Part shown: positions 25,954-39,925 of the stretch, piece by piece | Position numbering within the stretch: position 1 is the stretch's first letter | Layout: every line of letters starts with the position of its first letter | Assembly (NCBI RefSeq): GCF_006345805.1 | Contig: NC_043005.1 | Location: 30,690,001 to 30,754,000, forward strand | Origin: Octopus sinensis | Taxonomy: Eukaryota | Reading direction: 5' to 3' | Length of the DNA stretch: 64,000 nucleotides | Position numbers and translations under genes: made by a program | Notes under the pieces: generated by a model | Database searches by the model: none | Told to the model about the DNA's origin: nothing | What the model saw: only the letters and a program-made list of their open reading frames with translations

Positions 25954-26108
25954 ATGATGGTTTGTTGCCAACTTAATGTGGCAGTCCCAGGAAAGGGAAG
26001 AATGCTTGTGTCATGTAGCCAACTAGAAACGGTGATCTTGGGGCTAAATAGCAGTAACATTCTTCCTTTTCCTGGGACTGTCACATTAAGTTGGCAACAT
26101 GCTATCAC
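25954..26108. mobile_element. MITE-like hairpin element (51-bp imperfect inverted arms)
   Basis: GTTGCCAACTTAATGTGGCAGTCCCAGGAAAGGGAAGAATG / CATTCTTCCTTTTCCTGGGACTGTCACATTAAGTTGGCAAC; related half copy at about 37575-37640. Confidence 0.75.
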
Positions 26109-26948
26109 TTTATCGTGCTGCTACTGCATAACTCTCTCTGAGAGGTTTAGAAATGCAATATTCCTAATGTTATTAAATTTTACTCGAAATATTATTCCAA
26201 ACATAAAACAGTATCATTATATGTGTTTAAAAAACTGTTTGGAGATGTTATTTGGGTAAATAAGGGGACAACTTGTAAGTACGCATACATATATACATAT
26301 ACATACATATATATGCACATAAGGATACACATTTACATATATCTATTACAGCCTTTCGAAAGATACGCAAAACACGATGCTCGTTAATAATAACGTGAAA
26401 GGAACGAGGAGGAAACTATCATCTGAAACAAGAGGACAAGACGAGAAGTAAAGAGCGTCTGGCCTAAAAACAAAAACAAAATGGCTGAATGGAATTGGAG
26501 AATACCTGTTGTGGTGGTGGTTGGGGGAGTAGATGTTGGAGGATTTAGGCGGAAAGTAAAGAAAAGGGAGAAGAGTAATTGTGAAAGGGCACAGATATAT
26601 GGAAGAGAGAAAAATTAATACTAAATTGCTGGGAGAACAAGAGATAAATATTAAACGGTAATGTTATGGGCGTTTTTAATTATATTTTCAAGCCAAAACA
26701 ATATAAACACAGTATATATATTTATGTACCATGAGAGCACAGCCCGAGGATTGCGTGAAGGTACCAGTCATGTTATAAAATGCTGTCTGAATAATTTTCA
26801 TTACATGAAACTATTAGTAGCTCATAAAATTATATACTATGTTTATTAGATAATATTTATCTCGCACCAAATGGGGATCTTTTCTTGTTGATCTTACCAT
26901 CACGAAACAGTACACTACACATACGGCGCGCGCGTGCATATTTATATA

Positions 26949-28065
26949 CGAGGTCTGATCAATAAGTATCCGGACTGATGCTATAAAAATAAAACTACAA
27001 TGCGTAATAATTTGGCATTTGATCTCCTGCAAAGTAGTCCCCTTCGAAAGCCACACACTTAATCCAGTGCTGTTTCCATTGATGTCGCAAGGGGTGAAAT
27101 CTGGGGAATACGATGGCTGTCAGACCTGGAGAATGCCATACCTAGCCAAAAACTGCTGCTGAATGGGTAGGTGAGTTGTTATGGTGCAATTTCCACTCAC
27201 TGGGAGCATGCAATTGTGGCATTTTCCCATGTCTAACCAGGTGGAGCATACTCATGACAAACAATCCCCTTATAGTCAAAGGAAACAGTCAACAGTGTCT
27301 TCATATTGCTTTTACTCATTCGTGCTTTCTTCGGTCTCAGAGAGGTTGGGCTGTTCCACTGCGAAGACTGAGCCTTTGCTTCAGGATCATAACCATAGAT
27401 CCACGATTCATCACCCGTTATGACCGTTTTCGAAAAGTTTTCATCGTTCTCGACACAATCAAGGAGATCTTGTGCAACTGAAACCTGTGTGTCTTTTTGG
27501 TCAGCTGAAAGCAGTTTTGGCACAAACTTAGCAGACACACATCTCATACCCAAATCTTCAGTGATAATGGACTGAACTGAATCGTGGCTAATCTGCACAT
27601 CCTCTGATAACTCATGGATGGTAATTCGATGATTTCTCATCACATCTGCAATGTTTTTCTCATTTCTGCTGGTTGTAGGTCTCCCTGGACGTTCGTCATA
27701 GCAGACATATTCTCGGCCAACTTGGAAACGTCTGAACTACTCGTACACTCGAGTGCGGCTCATACGCTCCTCTCCATACACTTTTGGCAACTTTGTGTGG
27801 GTCTCTGAGCAGGTATCGCCAAGCTTTTGGCAATATTTGATGCAGATTCTCTGTTCAACTTTCTCTGTCATGGTCAATGTTACAATCACAAGCTACACAC
27901 GTTCCTTCCAAACACTGCTGTAAACAGCAGAAGGGATGTAGAACGGTAAAACTTAATGCGCATGCACAGCGGGGTTCAAGGTCAATCTGTGCCAAGCGGC
28001 TTCACTCTACGTGCTTTAGCTTCGTTACTATAGCAACAGTCCAGATATTTATTGATCGGACCACG
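26949..28065 (-). mobile_element. mariner element with both TIRs and an internally deleted, disrupted transposase
   Basis: TIR CGAGGTCTGATCAATAAGTATCCGGACTG and its reverse complement at 28037-28065; ORF 27233-27643 with SAKFVPKLL and ITGDESW. Confidence 0.92.
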
Positions 28066-28096
28066 CCAGCATGGAAAGCGAACGTTAAACGACGAC

Positions 28097-28140
<44 letters not shown>

Positions 28141-28165
28141 CGACGACGACGACGACGACGATATA

Positions 28166-28552
28166 TACTCTTTTACTCTTTTACTTGTTTCAGTCATTTG
28201 ACTGCGGCCATGCTGGCGTACTGCCTTTAGTCGAGCAAATCGACCCCAGGACTTATTCTTTGTAAGCCTAGTACTTATTCTATCGGTCTCTTTTGCCGAA
28301 CCGCTAAGTTACGAGGATGTAAACGCACCTGCGTCGATTGTCAAGCGATGTTGGGGGACAAACACAGACACACAAACATATACACTCACACATACATATA
28401 TGTATATACATATATACGACAGGCTTCTTTCAGTTTCTGTCTACCAAATCTACTCTCAAGGCTTTGGTCGGCCCAAGGCTATAGTAGAAGACACTTGCCC
28501 AAGGTGCTACACAGTGGGACTGAGCCCGGAACCATGTGGTTGGTAAGCAAAC
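28166..28552 (-). mobile_element. SINE family A
   Basis: Tail, core and most of the head. Confidence 0.9.
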
Positions 28553-28556
28553 TACT

Positions 28557-29345
28557 AGGGATGAAAATTAATGTTGCAAAAACTGAGACATTGGTCCTCT
28601 CAAGAAATTCATTGCAGTGCACTTTGCATGTGGAACATCAAAGATTTTATCTGCAGAAATTCTACTTACAAAGCCATCTTGTTTGGGAAGAGTTAAGTTG
28701 GAGAATTCTGCAAAGGTAGTAAAATTTTCTGGGCAATGGCCAGAAGGCCCAGGTTACAGACTCCATTGAAGCAGAGCTTACAGACTGTACAATGCACGAA
28801 GGTATCTGTTACTTTTCTTATAGCCAACTTTCAAATGTAGAGATCAATGAATACATCCTAGTTTTATGCAATATTCATAGTCTGAACTATTGCAGTAGCA
28901 CTTTGAGTGAACTAATCAGAAATTTTGGGGTTGAAGGCTTTAGCTATGTGAGGAACTTGTGAGATACATATCTAATATAATATCAACAATCCTTTTTCAA
29001 GTATCTTTGGTGAGTCAGAGGTGAAGGATATATTTGTTAGTAAATGTAATCACTTACATTAGCTTTGAAGTCACTGAAGACGATGAATTTAATGCATACA
29101 ACAAACAGGCCTGTGTTGGTAGAGATGTGAGATGTGGTAGACAATGAATGTTGGGTCAAAAAAGTTCTGTCTACCAACAATAGCAGATTTATATAACAGA
29201 GAAAGATATGAGATGAAGTGGTGAGATCAAACTTCAAGATGATGGGCCATAAAGATAAGATTACACAGGATTGAGTTGATTGGAAACTTGTCGTTGTGTA
29301 GACCTGTTCAACCCATGCTAAAATGGACAATGGATGATGAAATGG
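28557..29345 (+). mobile_element. decayed RTE LINE fragments
   Basis: GMKINVAKTETLVLSRNSLQCTLHV; EVVRSNFKMMG; ACCCATGCTAAAATGGAC..GATGATGA tail. Confidence 0.65.
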
Positions 29346-30379
29346 TGAGGATGTCTTGAGAATATGAAGAGAGACAATTTTAAAATTATTATTTTTATCA
29401 TCCAAGCAAAATGATATACATTTTATTTAAATACAACAATATATACACATGGTTTCTGTTAATTTGTTTTATAAATAAAAAATGGATTTGAATGCAAAGT
29501 TGGAGATTGTTCTACGGTGACTGTGTCACAATGGCAATATAATTTTATATAAACCACAATGTTCAGTACAAATGTCATTACATATTTGAAGAAACAAAAA
29601 TATTCTCATAAAAGCCTCTACATTGGATGACCTTTGCTTCAAGACAAGAGGACTCTTGAATCTAAAAATACTGGTTTATCTATTCTGTAATAACGTAGAA
29701 TGTTGTTAAGTATTTGTAATGCAAGTTTTGATGTAACTTTTTGTGGTAAGAAATATTAAAACTCTTTTATAACATTTTAAAATATGCAAAAGACAAACAA
29801 TTGGTATCAGTTTGGTTGGCCCCATACAGAACACGTCTGAAATCCTACATCACCTGTAATGCAAAGTGTGAAAAGTTGGTACGAAGTTTAAGGATGCTAA
29901 AAATAGCAGCTACATCTTCTTCATATCACACTGTAATATCTTAGTAGTGAAGGACAGACTGGATAATTTGCCCTAGGGTGCAATGTAAGTAGCAAAATGT
30001 TGGAATGGTCATGACTGGAAAGTTTTTCATCATAAAGCTAAAAATAACAAGATACATTTTCTGCACATTCTGCTTCCAACACCCCACAAAACAAACACAG
30101 ATTCTGTTCTCTCCTCCACCAAGTTCACCGCCATACATACAACATACACAGAATCTAGAGGCAACCAATCCTGATGCTGTTATTGTTTCAGCCCCAAACA
30201 GACATATAATCAAAGGCATTCCAGTCATTTTCTTTTAAACACAGCATATATGAGACTACATTATTCAATGCGTGCTTTGTTTTATTTTGTATGGGGTTTT
30301 TTTTGTATATGATTTAAGGGAGATGTGGCTGCTATTTCTAACAAGCTGAATAACAATTACAGTTCACATGGTGTTGAAT

Positions 30380-30827
30380 GTCCAACCCTTAAGAAAATCA
30401 ACCTCTCTGAACCCTTCCATCTACCTACCAACGTCTCATATAGAATGGAAAGAGTCATAAAAAAGCCAAATCATTTACTTCATTAAATCCATTTCCTTTC
30501 TCTTCACAGTATCAACCAGTAAAACCAAAACTGACCGAAACCACTTCTCCTTTGACACACACACCAGTGGTCTCTCAATCTTGAAAACTTCAGGAATTTT
30601 GACTGCAATCAGCATAAGAACTTCTTTGTTATCTTACTGCCTATGCATTCTACACATCCCTCATTTCTCAGATATAAAGCTTTATGCTTGATCATTTCAT
30701 CGCAGAGTACATTGACAGGGTTTCCACAACCCACATTCTCACATCACCAATATAGATATCGAGATTCTGTTATTTCTTAAAAACACTTTATTCTTTTCAT
30801 TAATGACATAATTGATGTTTTCTCTAA

Positions 30828-30863
<36 letters not shown>

Positions 30864-31520
30864 CAATGTAGAAACTATAACATTTCATTCCTCTTTAACC
30901 ATCCAAACACTGATATCAACTATCTACAACCTAGACACCTTCAGTAAGTGACATCACAGCTGAGTCCCTTTTAATAATATGAAGACTAACTCACTACATG
31001 CATCAATGAAACACTTACGTACCCACAACCTGAACATCTTACAATCTTATTTTTTGTTGTTGCTAAAGATGTCAGCCCTCAAAATCTCCAATGTTCTTTT
31101 GTCAAGACACCAAATGTATAAACATCTCTAAAACTAATTCACAAAGTCCAGACTTCTTTCCAGGATAAGAAGTTTTACAGTTTTGGCAACAAGTGCAATC
31201 CACATTGATGTACTGCTTATATATCTAGACCTGTGCTTCTCCTACACACTCAAACATCATAATCTCATTCATCAACATGCAATAAGCTATGTCTAAAACA
31301 GCCAGTATTTCTTCCTCCTGTTTCTCTAAACTAGTCACCCCAATTTCTCTTCCTCCTTTAGTAACTCTACACTAAGCACTTTATTCCCTTCTGCCATTCC
31401 AGATTGAAACCATCTGGAATTCCTGGCCTGTTTTTCCTACAGACATTGAGCTACTACAGATGTTTAAATTATATCAATCACATCATTTGTAGTGGTCTTA
31501 CAAAGGTCTTAAGCACTCAA
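30380..31520 (+). mobile_element. heavily decayed PLE-like RT region
   Basis: Pyrimidine-rich sequence with broken frames resembling the IDD and FHPSL RT motifs; weak. Confidence 0.3.
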
Positions 31521-31999
31521 CTGCTTTTTCTAATTAGCTAATGAGAAAAAAGATCTGTACTGCTAGCTATTTTTCCTCTCTTTCCAGTCACTCATCATCT
31601 ACACTTGCTTTTATGCTTGCAGGGGTCAGACGAAATTCCTTGAAGCAGATCTTCTACAGCCTGATGCTCTTTCTGCCACCAGCCATTGCCTGGTTCCAAG
31701 TAAGTCAATATTTCCTCATGGACAGATATGTTTATCATGGAAGACAAGAAATTAAGGATTTACTCATGTGAAGATGATGCTTATTTGTAGCTATTGCTTT
31801 ATGTACGTGTTTGTATATATGTATACTCAGAAGTATACATATCTTACTAAATTTCCCTTCCCTTCTTTAGAAAACTGTCTTATTAATTTCTCTTAATTTT
31901 ATTCTTATTGTCTTCCATACTTTTAAAGATTTTTCTATAAAAATTTAAATCAGCATTTTTGAAACATTATGTTGTAGGATTATTTTTAACATATGTATT

Positions 32000-32465
32000 T
32001 ATGATGAGTTTCTTTCAGTTTCCATCTACCAAATCCACTCACAAGACTTTGGTCAACCTGAGGCGATAGTAGGAGACACTTGCCCAAGGTGCCACGCAGT
32101 GGAGCTGAACCCAGAACCATGTATTTGGGAAACAAACTTCTTACCACATATATATCATCATCCTCATCCTCATCATCATCATCATCATCATCGTTTAATG
32201 TCCGTTTTCCATACTAGCATGGGTTTGACAGTTCGACCAGGGTCTGGGAAGTCAGGAGGCTGCACCAGGCTCCAGTCTGATCTGGCAGTGTTTCTACAGC
32301 TGCATGCCCTTCCTATGGCCAACCACTCCGTGAGTGTAGTGTGTGCTTTTTACCCACTACACTTGCAATGGCCACAATTGGTTGGTGCTTTTTATGTGCC
32401 ACTGGCACGGAAGCCAGTCAAGGCGGTGCTGGCATCAGCCACTTTCGGATGGTGCTTTTAAAAAG
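32000..32465 (-). mobile_element. SINE A 5' fragment plus RTE-tail repeat
   Basis: Family motifs as above. Confidence 0.8.
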
Positions 32466-32479
32466 CACAGGTATCACAA

Positions 32480-33180
32480 CTACAATAATATATATAATAA
32501 TGTAATTATTGTATACAGTGCTCAGGTGCACCACAACTTGTCAAAAAGTGCATATAAAGTATATGCAGTAATGTACAAATGTCTGGAAAGTGAACAGTGT
32601 ATGAGTCAAATACATGCTTGCGTGTGTATGGAGGGGAGAAAATCAGGTGTAGTGTTTTGAAGGATGCAGTGCTCCAACAACTAACAACTGATGCCGGCAG
32701 TCTGTTCCATGCTTCAGCAACTCTTAGCATAAAAAAATGTTTCTGAAAGTCATGGGAGCTGTGCTGTTTTCTGACTTTGTAAACATGTCCACGGGTATTA
32801 GACAGGTGGAGTTTGAAAAGGTGCTCAGAGTTATTGTTTGTAAGATGGTTAATAATTTTATGGGTGTCTGCCAAGTCAGCTGCCAGACGTCGGAGTTTCA
32901 ATGTGTCCATGCCCAGGGAAGTAAGGCATTCAGAATATGGCAAATGCCTGATGGAGGGTATTCTCTTGGTTGCACGTCGCTGAACGGCTTCCAGACAATT
33001 AATATTCTGGGCAAGATAGGGGTTCCAGACCAGTGATGCAAATTCCAGGTGAGGTCGTACCATAGCTATATAAAGCCGCAGATAGATAGCCGGAGAGCGG
33101 CTCACAAAGGACTTGGTGAGTGATGCCAAGACCCCCTCAGCCTTCTTGGCAATTTTAGCGATTTGATTTTTTCCATTAGA
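32480..33180 (-). mobile_element. CR1/L2-like LINE ORF2 3' end
   Basis: LYIAMVRPHLEFASLVWNPY...LEAVQRRATKRIP...LKLRRLAADL...TRGHVYKV...FFMLRVAEAWNRLP. Confidence 0.9.
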
Positions 33181-33360
33181 TGTTTATTTGATGTTGATGT
33201 ACTTGACTCAATAGGTTTCCTCAAGCACAGCAGGCTGTCCTACAATCCAAGGTTCTTTGGATGGGCTGGAGCTTCTAGGTGAAGCTGGTGCAGGAAACAG
33301 CCATGAACTCACGTTATTTGTCGGGTCCTCGCATATCTCCAGAAGTCGAGGTCTCTTTAC

Positions 33361-33392
<32 letters not shown>

Positions 33393-33936
33393 CATATGAT
33401 TCTTTTAATCATTAGTTACAATTTGTAAAATATTTCATTAGGTGAACAATTCAACAAAGTAGGGAATGTCACAAAGAGTGGACATTTTATTCATAGAACT
33501 GTGTGTGTATGTGTGTGTGTGCACGTATGTGTATGTGTGTGCATGTGTGTGTGTGTGCGTGCATGCATGTGTGCGTTATGTGTTTGTGCACATGTGCACG
33601 CCTGTGTGTGTGGGTGCATGTGTGTGCATGTGTGTGTGTGTGTATAGATACAGACAGATATAAATATTGATTTGGTTTGGTTTTGGGTTTTGTTGTTGTT
33701 GTTGTTTTAGTTTTTTTTTGCTTTGTTTTTCCCAAGACATCTTTAGACATATGCTTCTTTTTAATTAACCATTAAATGATAAATAGTTCTCAAAGTTTGT
33801 AAAGCATAAAGTCTTCCCATTTGTCTACACAAAACTGTTTATTTTTACCTTCTGTTAAAGGATTTCTACTCAGTAACATTAACAGTATTGTATAACAAAT
33901 TATTTTCTCCAACCAGAATTTCTATTTTTACCTTAG

Positions 33937-34011
33937 AAACCTCATAGAATTAGACATTCCAACAAGGCAAAGGCAAATCACTCAAGTTGAAATATTCTGT
34001 ATAGTCAGCAG
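33937..34011 (+). CDS. candidate symmetric 75-nt internal exon (NLIELDIPTRQRQITQVEIFCIVS)
   Basis: TTTTTACCTTAG acceptor, CAG|GTAATG donor, open phase 2-2 frame. Confidence 0.3.
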
Positions 34012-35539
34012 GTAATGGTTTATTATCTGTGAGCAAGAACCAAGTATAAATAAATGGCATATTTATGTACAGGTGTTGTAAGTCAAGCTATATCTGTGTT
34101 CACATACCAAATTATTCTTACTTAGAATGAGAGAAAAAAGCATTATTATTTAATGAAACAAGAAATTTTACCCTAAAATCTCTAGCATTTTTAATTTCTT
34201 TTTTTTTGTTTTTGTTAATTGATTTCTTTATGTTTAGTTCTATAAACCATGTTATAATTGAACATTAATACATAATTGATGACTTGCTGAGTGTTTCTCA
34301 GTCTGTGAATTTAGAGATTTTTCCCATCAGTTTATGTCCTTTGCCATTCAGCTGATTGATAAACGTACACTCACCGTCCCACTACAATCACTGGTTCATA
34401 GACATAATCCTACATCTCCCCCCCTCTCTCTCTCTCCTCTCCTCTTCCCCTCAATCTCCTCTCCCCTCACCCTCTCTCTATTTTGCCACTATTACAATAG
34501 AGTCTCCTCTTCAAACCTACCATCTATTTGCAGCTACCCTTCTACGAGTCCTCCCAATTAACCCACTTCTCTTCCTTTCATCATTTCTCTTCAATCAGTT
34601 ATACACACCTAAAATAAAGGCTAGCTACAACAACAAACTCGTTTCAATCCCTAGTTGAAGTCATTCTAATTTCCAGGTATTGCTTATATTTTTTATTATT
34701 ATTACCTTTGGCAAAGTCATGAATATCACAACTTAGAATTTCTGTTCCATCACACACAACATTATCGCTTTCTATTCTAATGACCTTTCTATTATTTTCT
34801 TCAGGTTTCAAATCCTTCCAAGGTTAACTTTGTCTTTCATCCCTCTGGAGGTCAAAGAAGAAAAGTGCCAATCAAGTGCTGCAATCAACAGTATCAACGC
34901 AACCCCACCCCTCAAAATTCCTGGCCTTGAGGTATTGCAGTGTGGTGGTGTTCATTCATGGACAACTTACTAAAAAAGAAATAGAAAGAGAATCCCTCAT
35001 TCCCTGGATAGAATCCTTCCTTGGAACGAAGACTATCCAGATACCTATTTACAGCCAAATGAAATGAACAGTCCCATATATTTGCTATATAGTGAAATAC
35101 CAGTAATACAATGGACAACTTTGACTGTTTATCCTATTCAGTAATATTACTAATACAATGAACAGTCTGATATATTTGCTATATTGTGAAATACCAGTAA
35201 TACAATACACTTAAAGCTTCATTTCCACAGACAGAATGAATATTTCTTGTCACTTCCATTGAATTCCTACCGCATGTTGTGTCTGTTATGGGTTGGATCT
35301 AAACTCATTTTAAAAGAGTAAAATCCATACATATTTAACCACTATGGTATAAAGTAATCTAAAGAGAGAGAGAGAGAGAGAGAAAAGAGAGACGGAGAGA
35401 GGTGGGGAGAGAGAGAAGCATTAGAAAGTAAAAACTGATGTTTATTTTACTGTAAGTATTGAAAAAGTATCTTCAAAGTGATTGTGTCAAAAATGTGATA
35501 GGACTTACTTTCCAACCTAATAATAATACAATATTTTTA

Positions 35540-35770
35540 CTACATTATGTAAAAAGCACCAACTGATTGTGGTCGTTGCCAGCCTCCTCCGGCCCCTGTG
35601 CCAGTGGCACGTAAAAAGCACCCACTACATTCATGGAGTGGTTGGCATTAGGAAGAGCACTGCCAGATTGGACTGGAGCCTGGTGCAGCCTCCTGGTTTC
35701 CCAGACCCCAGTCGAACCGACCAACCCATGCCAGCATGGAAAATGGACGTTAGATGATGATGATGATAGG
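35540..35770 (+). mobile_element. RTE-tail repeat
   Basis: CCAACCCATGCCAGCATGGAAAATGGACGTTAGATGATGA. Confidence 0.85.
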
Positions 35771-36084
35771 TTATACTGGCAATACAATATCTTTATTATA
35801 TTGTGCAATATCTGTAATATAATATGCTTATTACATTGTGTAAAACCAGACTTATGTCTCTCGGGTAAGAATTAAATTTGTAGATTAATGTCAGTAAGAA
35901 TGTGGTAGGATTTGAACCATGACAGTAAGGAATACAGGTTTTGAACAAACCTGTTGCAAATATTTGCAGATATATTTGCAGATATCTGACAATAAAAGAA
36001 TTGGTAAAAATGGAAGCAAAGTTAACTGGAATGAGAGGAGGAGATTTGAGATTTATAGAACCAATAATCTATTATACGCACAAT

Positions 36085-36280
36085 GCCTGAGATTGGGTGG
36101 GGGCAGGGGACTAGCCGATTACATCAACCCAGTGTATAACTGGTACTTATTTTATTAACTCTGAAAGGATGAAAGACAAAGTCGACCTTGGCATAATTTG
36201 AACTCAGAACGTAAAGATGGACGAAATTCCACGAAGCATTTTTCTTGGCATGCTAACGATTCTGCCATCTCACCACCTTA
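36085..36280 (-). mobile_element. SINE family B
   Basis: Family motifs. Confidence 0.8.
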
Positions 36281-37198
36281 TTTATAGAACTATAATGAAG
36301 TACTACAGATACAAAATGAACCTGTAAAATTTGCTTCGTAAAGTATGTCTTGCTTCACCATGGGCCTCAACTCTTCGATGGAAACATAGGGACATCATTG
36401 TGATATATGGCATGTCTTGAGCATTTTTAGACCTGATGGAGTCCATCACTCTCCAGGTGTGACCACAGCTGAATTCTTTTATGAAAAGAGAGAGAGACAA
36501 AAAGAAAGAGTGAGAGAAAGACAAGAGCCAACTGGTAGTGTAGGAATGGTGTTTTATTCATCAATCCTGAGGAATGAAAAGCAAAGCTGGTTTCATTGGG
36601 ATTTGAACTGAGCATATACAGATCTGAAATGATTGCCACAAAGCAATGCATTAGATGCTTATATGACTCGGCCACTTGACTGCCATCACAACAGCATATA
36701 AAACAATGTATGATCTTCACCTCAGAGAGAGCCTTCTCTAAAATTGTTGGAGAAACAAAATAGACAACCATAAATCAGATACAAACAAATACATTAACAA
36801 ATTCAACCAATTTTATTGTATGCCAAAAACGAAAAGGGAAACTGAAATCTGTTTTACCAATAATTGTGGCACATAAATTATTGATTTCTATGAAGTATTT
36901 ATTGAAACCATTTTAGTTCAACCCATTCTTATTTTTTGGGCAAAAGACCAAAAATTAATTGTTTTTCTGAAATACATTTAACAGAACAAACACATGATAT
37001 GCTAAAAAGTGCTTCTTAAATATACAATATCATCTCTATGTGAGAATTTCCCGATTCCTTTTGAAGTTGTTCTCTTTTTGTTTCTTACAACATTAATGCA
37101 CATGTACTTATAGATATATGTGCATGTGTATGTATGTATACACACATACAAACACACACACATATGCACACACACACATACGCACACACACATACGCG

Positions 37199-37246
<48 letters not shown>

Positions 37247-37273
37247 CAGCAGCAGCAACATTTCACATGTTTT

Positions 37274-38105
37274 CAGGGCTAATGCAGTTTTGCACCACTC
37301 CTTGAAAAATGCATTTTTTTTTTTTAATTTGGTGGAGTTCCTATGTTTTACATGTTGGAGATTACAAATATGCAAAAATAATTTTACCCCCCCCACACAC
37401 ACACACACACCACCACCACCGTTCCCCTCCCCACTTTAAGATTTTGAACTTTTTCAAAATTTTTTTTTCCTTATGTTTTTGATGACAGAAATTCCAAATA
37501 TGCAAGAAACCACGTTTTCAAAATTTTAAATTCAATAAGCATATAGATATGTATATAAAGAGATAGATAGATATATCTTCCTGGGGCTAAAAACAACAGT
37601 AACACCGTCTTCTCTAGGACCGCCACATTTAGTTGACAAATATATTTTATGAATAAACGGACAGGGATAAATAGACAGATAAATAAATGGATGAAAAAGT
37701 TCAAAATTTAAAATTGGGGAAGGGGTGAAATTTGAGCCCCTTATTAAACTTTATAACATTAATTATTAAATATTAATGTTTGTTTCTCATAAAATGGTGT
37801 ATATTTAATTTAAATTAAATTATTATTTATGATTATTTAAGTCAAACACAAGTAAAACACAATTTCTTTTCACCTTAATGTTTTTGTCTGTATTTAATTT
37901 CGATTTGCATTTGTTCATCAATTTGCTACAATCTCTTTAAAGTAAACAAAATTAAAAATTTAAATGGGGTGGGGAGGGGGGGTTTAAAAAAAATTTCTCT
38001 ATTTGCATATTCGTAATCTCCGACGTCTAAAACATAGGAATCTGAAAAAATGTTTTCAAAAAACTGCATTTTCAAGGAGAGGTGCAAAACTGCATTAGCC
38101 CCCTG
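37274..38105. mobile_element. non-autonomous DNA transposon with long imperfect TIRs
   Basis: CAGGGCTAATGCAGTTTTGCACCACTCCTTGAAAAATGCA / TGCATTTTCAAGGAGAGGTGCAAAACTGCATTAGCCCCCTG, with inverted similarity continuing inward. Confidence 0.8.
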
Positions 38106-38188
38106 TTTTCTATGCTAGCATGAGTTGGACATTTTGAGTGGATCCAAAGGGATAATAATAATAATAACAATAATAATAATAATAATAA

Positions 38189-38238
<50 letters not shown>

Positions 38239-38771
38239 AAATATCACCCCTAATGGCATTAGTGCACATAGAGAAGATATAGCAAAGAAATCAAAGCAAT
38301 GGATAAATACATTAAGAGCATTTGGAAGCTCAGTGTTTGGGCAATATAGAAAATACCAGCTGTGGTAGGCAAGTAATACATTAGAGCCATCATGTTTTAT
38401 ATCAGCCCAGCCTCATCGCCCCCTCCATTCACTCCATAACAACATACAAAAGAACATAACATAGTATTATGCATTGCACACAAACAACAGTCACAGACCA
38501 GCTTACACATCGAGACAAGAATATTAAAAATGGAAGAACAGCCAGATGTGCAGTACATTGCAGAACCCACAAGTTCAGATGCTACCCCAAAACATTATTC
38601 CCACCTCCACCCAGACAGTCCAGACAAATATTTAAGAAAAAAAACACTTGAAAATAGCAGCAGAACAAAGAATGTTAAAAGACCGAAACATAAAGACAAA
38701 TGAAATGTTGCTAAATGTTTTGGCCAACATGCTAAGGAATCTGCCAGCTCACTGCCCAAAGACTAAAATAT

Positions 38772-39158
38772 AGGCGTAGGGGTGGCTGTGTGGCAAGTAG
38801 CTTGTTTACGAACCACATGGTTCTGGGTTCAGTCCCACTGCTTGGCATCTTGGGCAAGTGTCTTCTGCTATAGCCTCAGGCCAACCAAAGCCTTGTGAGT
38901 GGATTTGGTAGATGGAAACTGAAAGAAGACTGTCGTATATATATGTATATATATATGTGTGTATGTTTGTGTGTTGTGTTTGCCCCCCTCCCCCAACAAC
39001 CGCTGATGGTGTGTTTACGTCCCTGTAACTTAGTGGTTCGGCAAAAGAGACCAATAGAATAAGTACTAGGCTTACAAAGAATAAGTCCTGGGGTCGATTT
39101 CCTCGACTAAAGGCAGTGCTCCAGTATGGCCGCAGTAAAATGACTGAAACAAGTAAGT
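38772..39158 (+). mobile_element. SINE family A, full length
   Basis: TAGGCGTAGGGGTGGCTGTGTGG head through GACTGAAACAAGTAAG tail. Confidence 0.92.
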
Positions 39159-39469
39159 AAAATGAATATTGCATTTGGATTCATATTTCCAATGCACAAC
39201 ATCTGTCATGCTCTGATGAAGCCCACCTCTAATCTAACTAGAATCACCACCACAAGAACCTAGATAGAGGAGCTGCAACATGCTTGCAGTGCTTCATTGT
39301 TCTCCATACAATTAACCGTTACATGTCTGAATGTACAGGATGCCTTCCTAAATTAGACGATGATGCAATATACCTGAAATGTTGTACCTGCCAGGTACAC
39401 GCCATGTCAGCCTGTTCACTGATCTTATCAGCTTCATGAGTATTGATCTGGGCTGAAACATGATAATGG

Positions 39470-39680
39470 TTTCAAAATTTGATACAAGGCCAGCAGTTTC
39501 TGAAGGGAGGGGCAACCAATTACATTGACCCTAGTATTTGACTGGTACTTATTTTATCAACGCTGAAAGGATAAAAAGCAAAGTCAGCCTAAGAAAAAAT
39601 TTAAGCTCAGAACATAAAGACAAATGAAATGTTGCTAAATGTTTTGACCACCATGCTAAGGAATCTGCCAGCTCACAGTC
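39470..39680 (-). mobile_element. SINE family B
   Basis: Family motifs. Confidence 0.8.
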
Positions 39681-39925
39681 CAAAGACTAAAATATACTAA
39701 CAACTTTGGGTTGAAGCCCTTACTCTTCGCCTGTAATGCTATTATTCTTTGGGAGGACATGAATGTCACAACTCTGAAATCTTCTGTTCTATATTTAGCC
39801 CCTTCAAATATTACAAATTCAGCCTACACTAATGTAACACTTCCAAATTTGTCAAATAGTGATATACCAGCACCTGGCCAGGCTACAGTATATTTCAGTT
39901 TTATATTTAAGAGATGAGAAATTAT

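Noticed and set aside
38529-38702. 57-aa ORF MEEQPDVQYIAEPTSS...
   Set aside because: Short, ends in SINE-derived sequence, and lacks splice or homology support.
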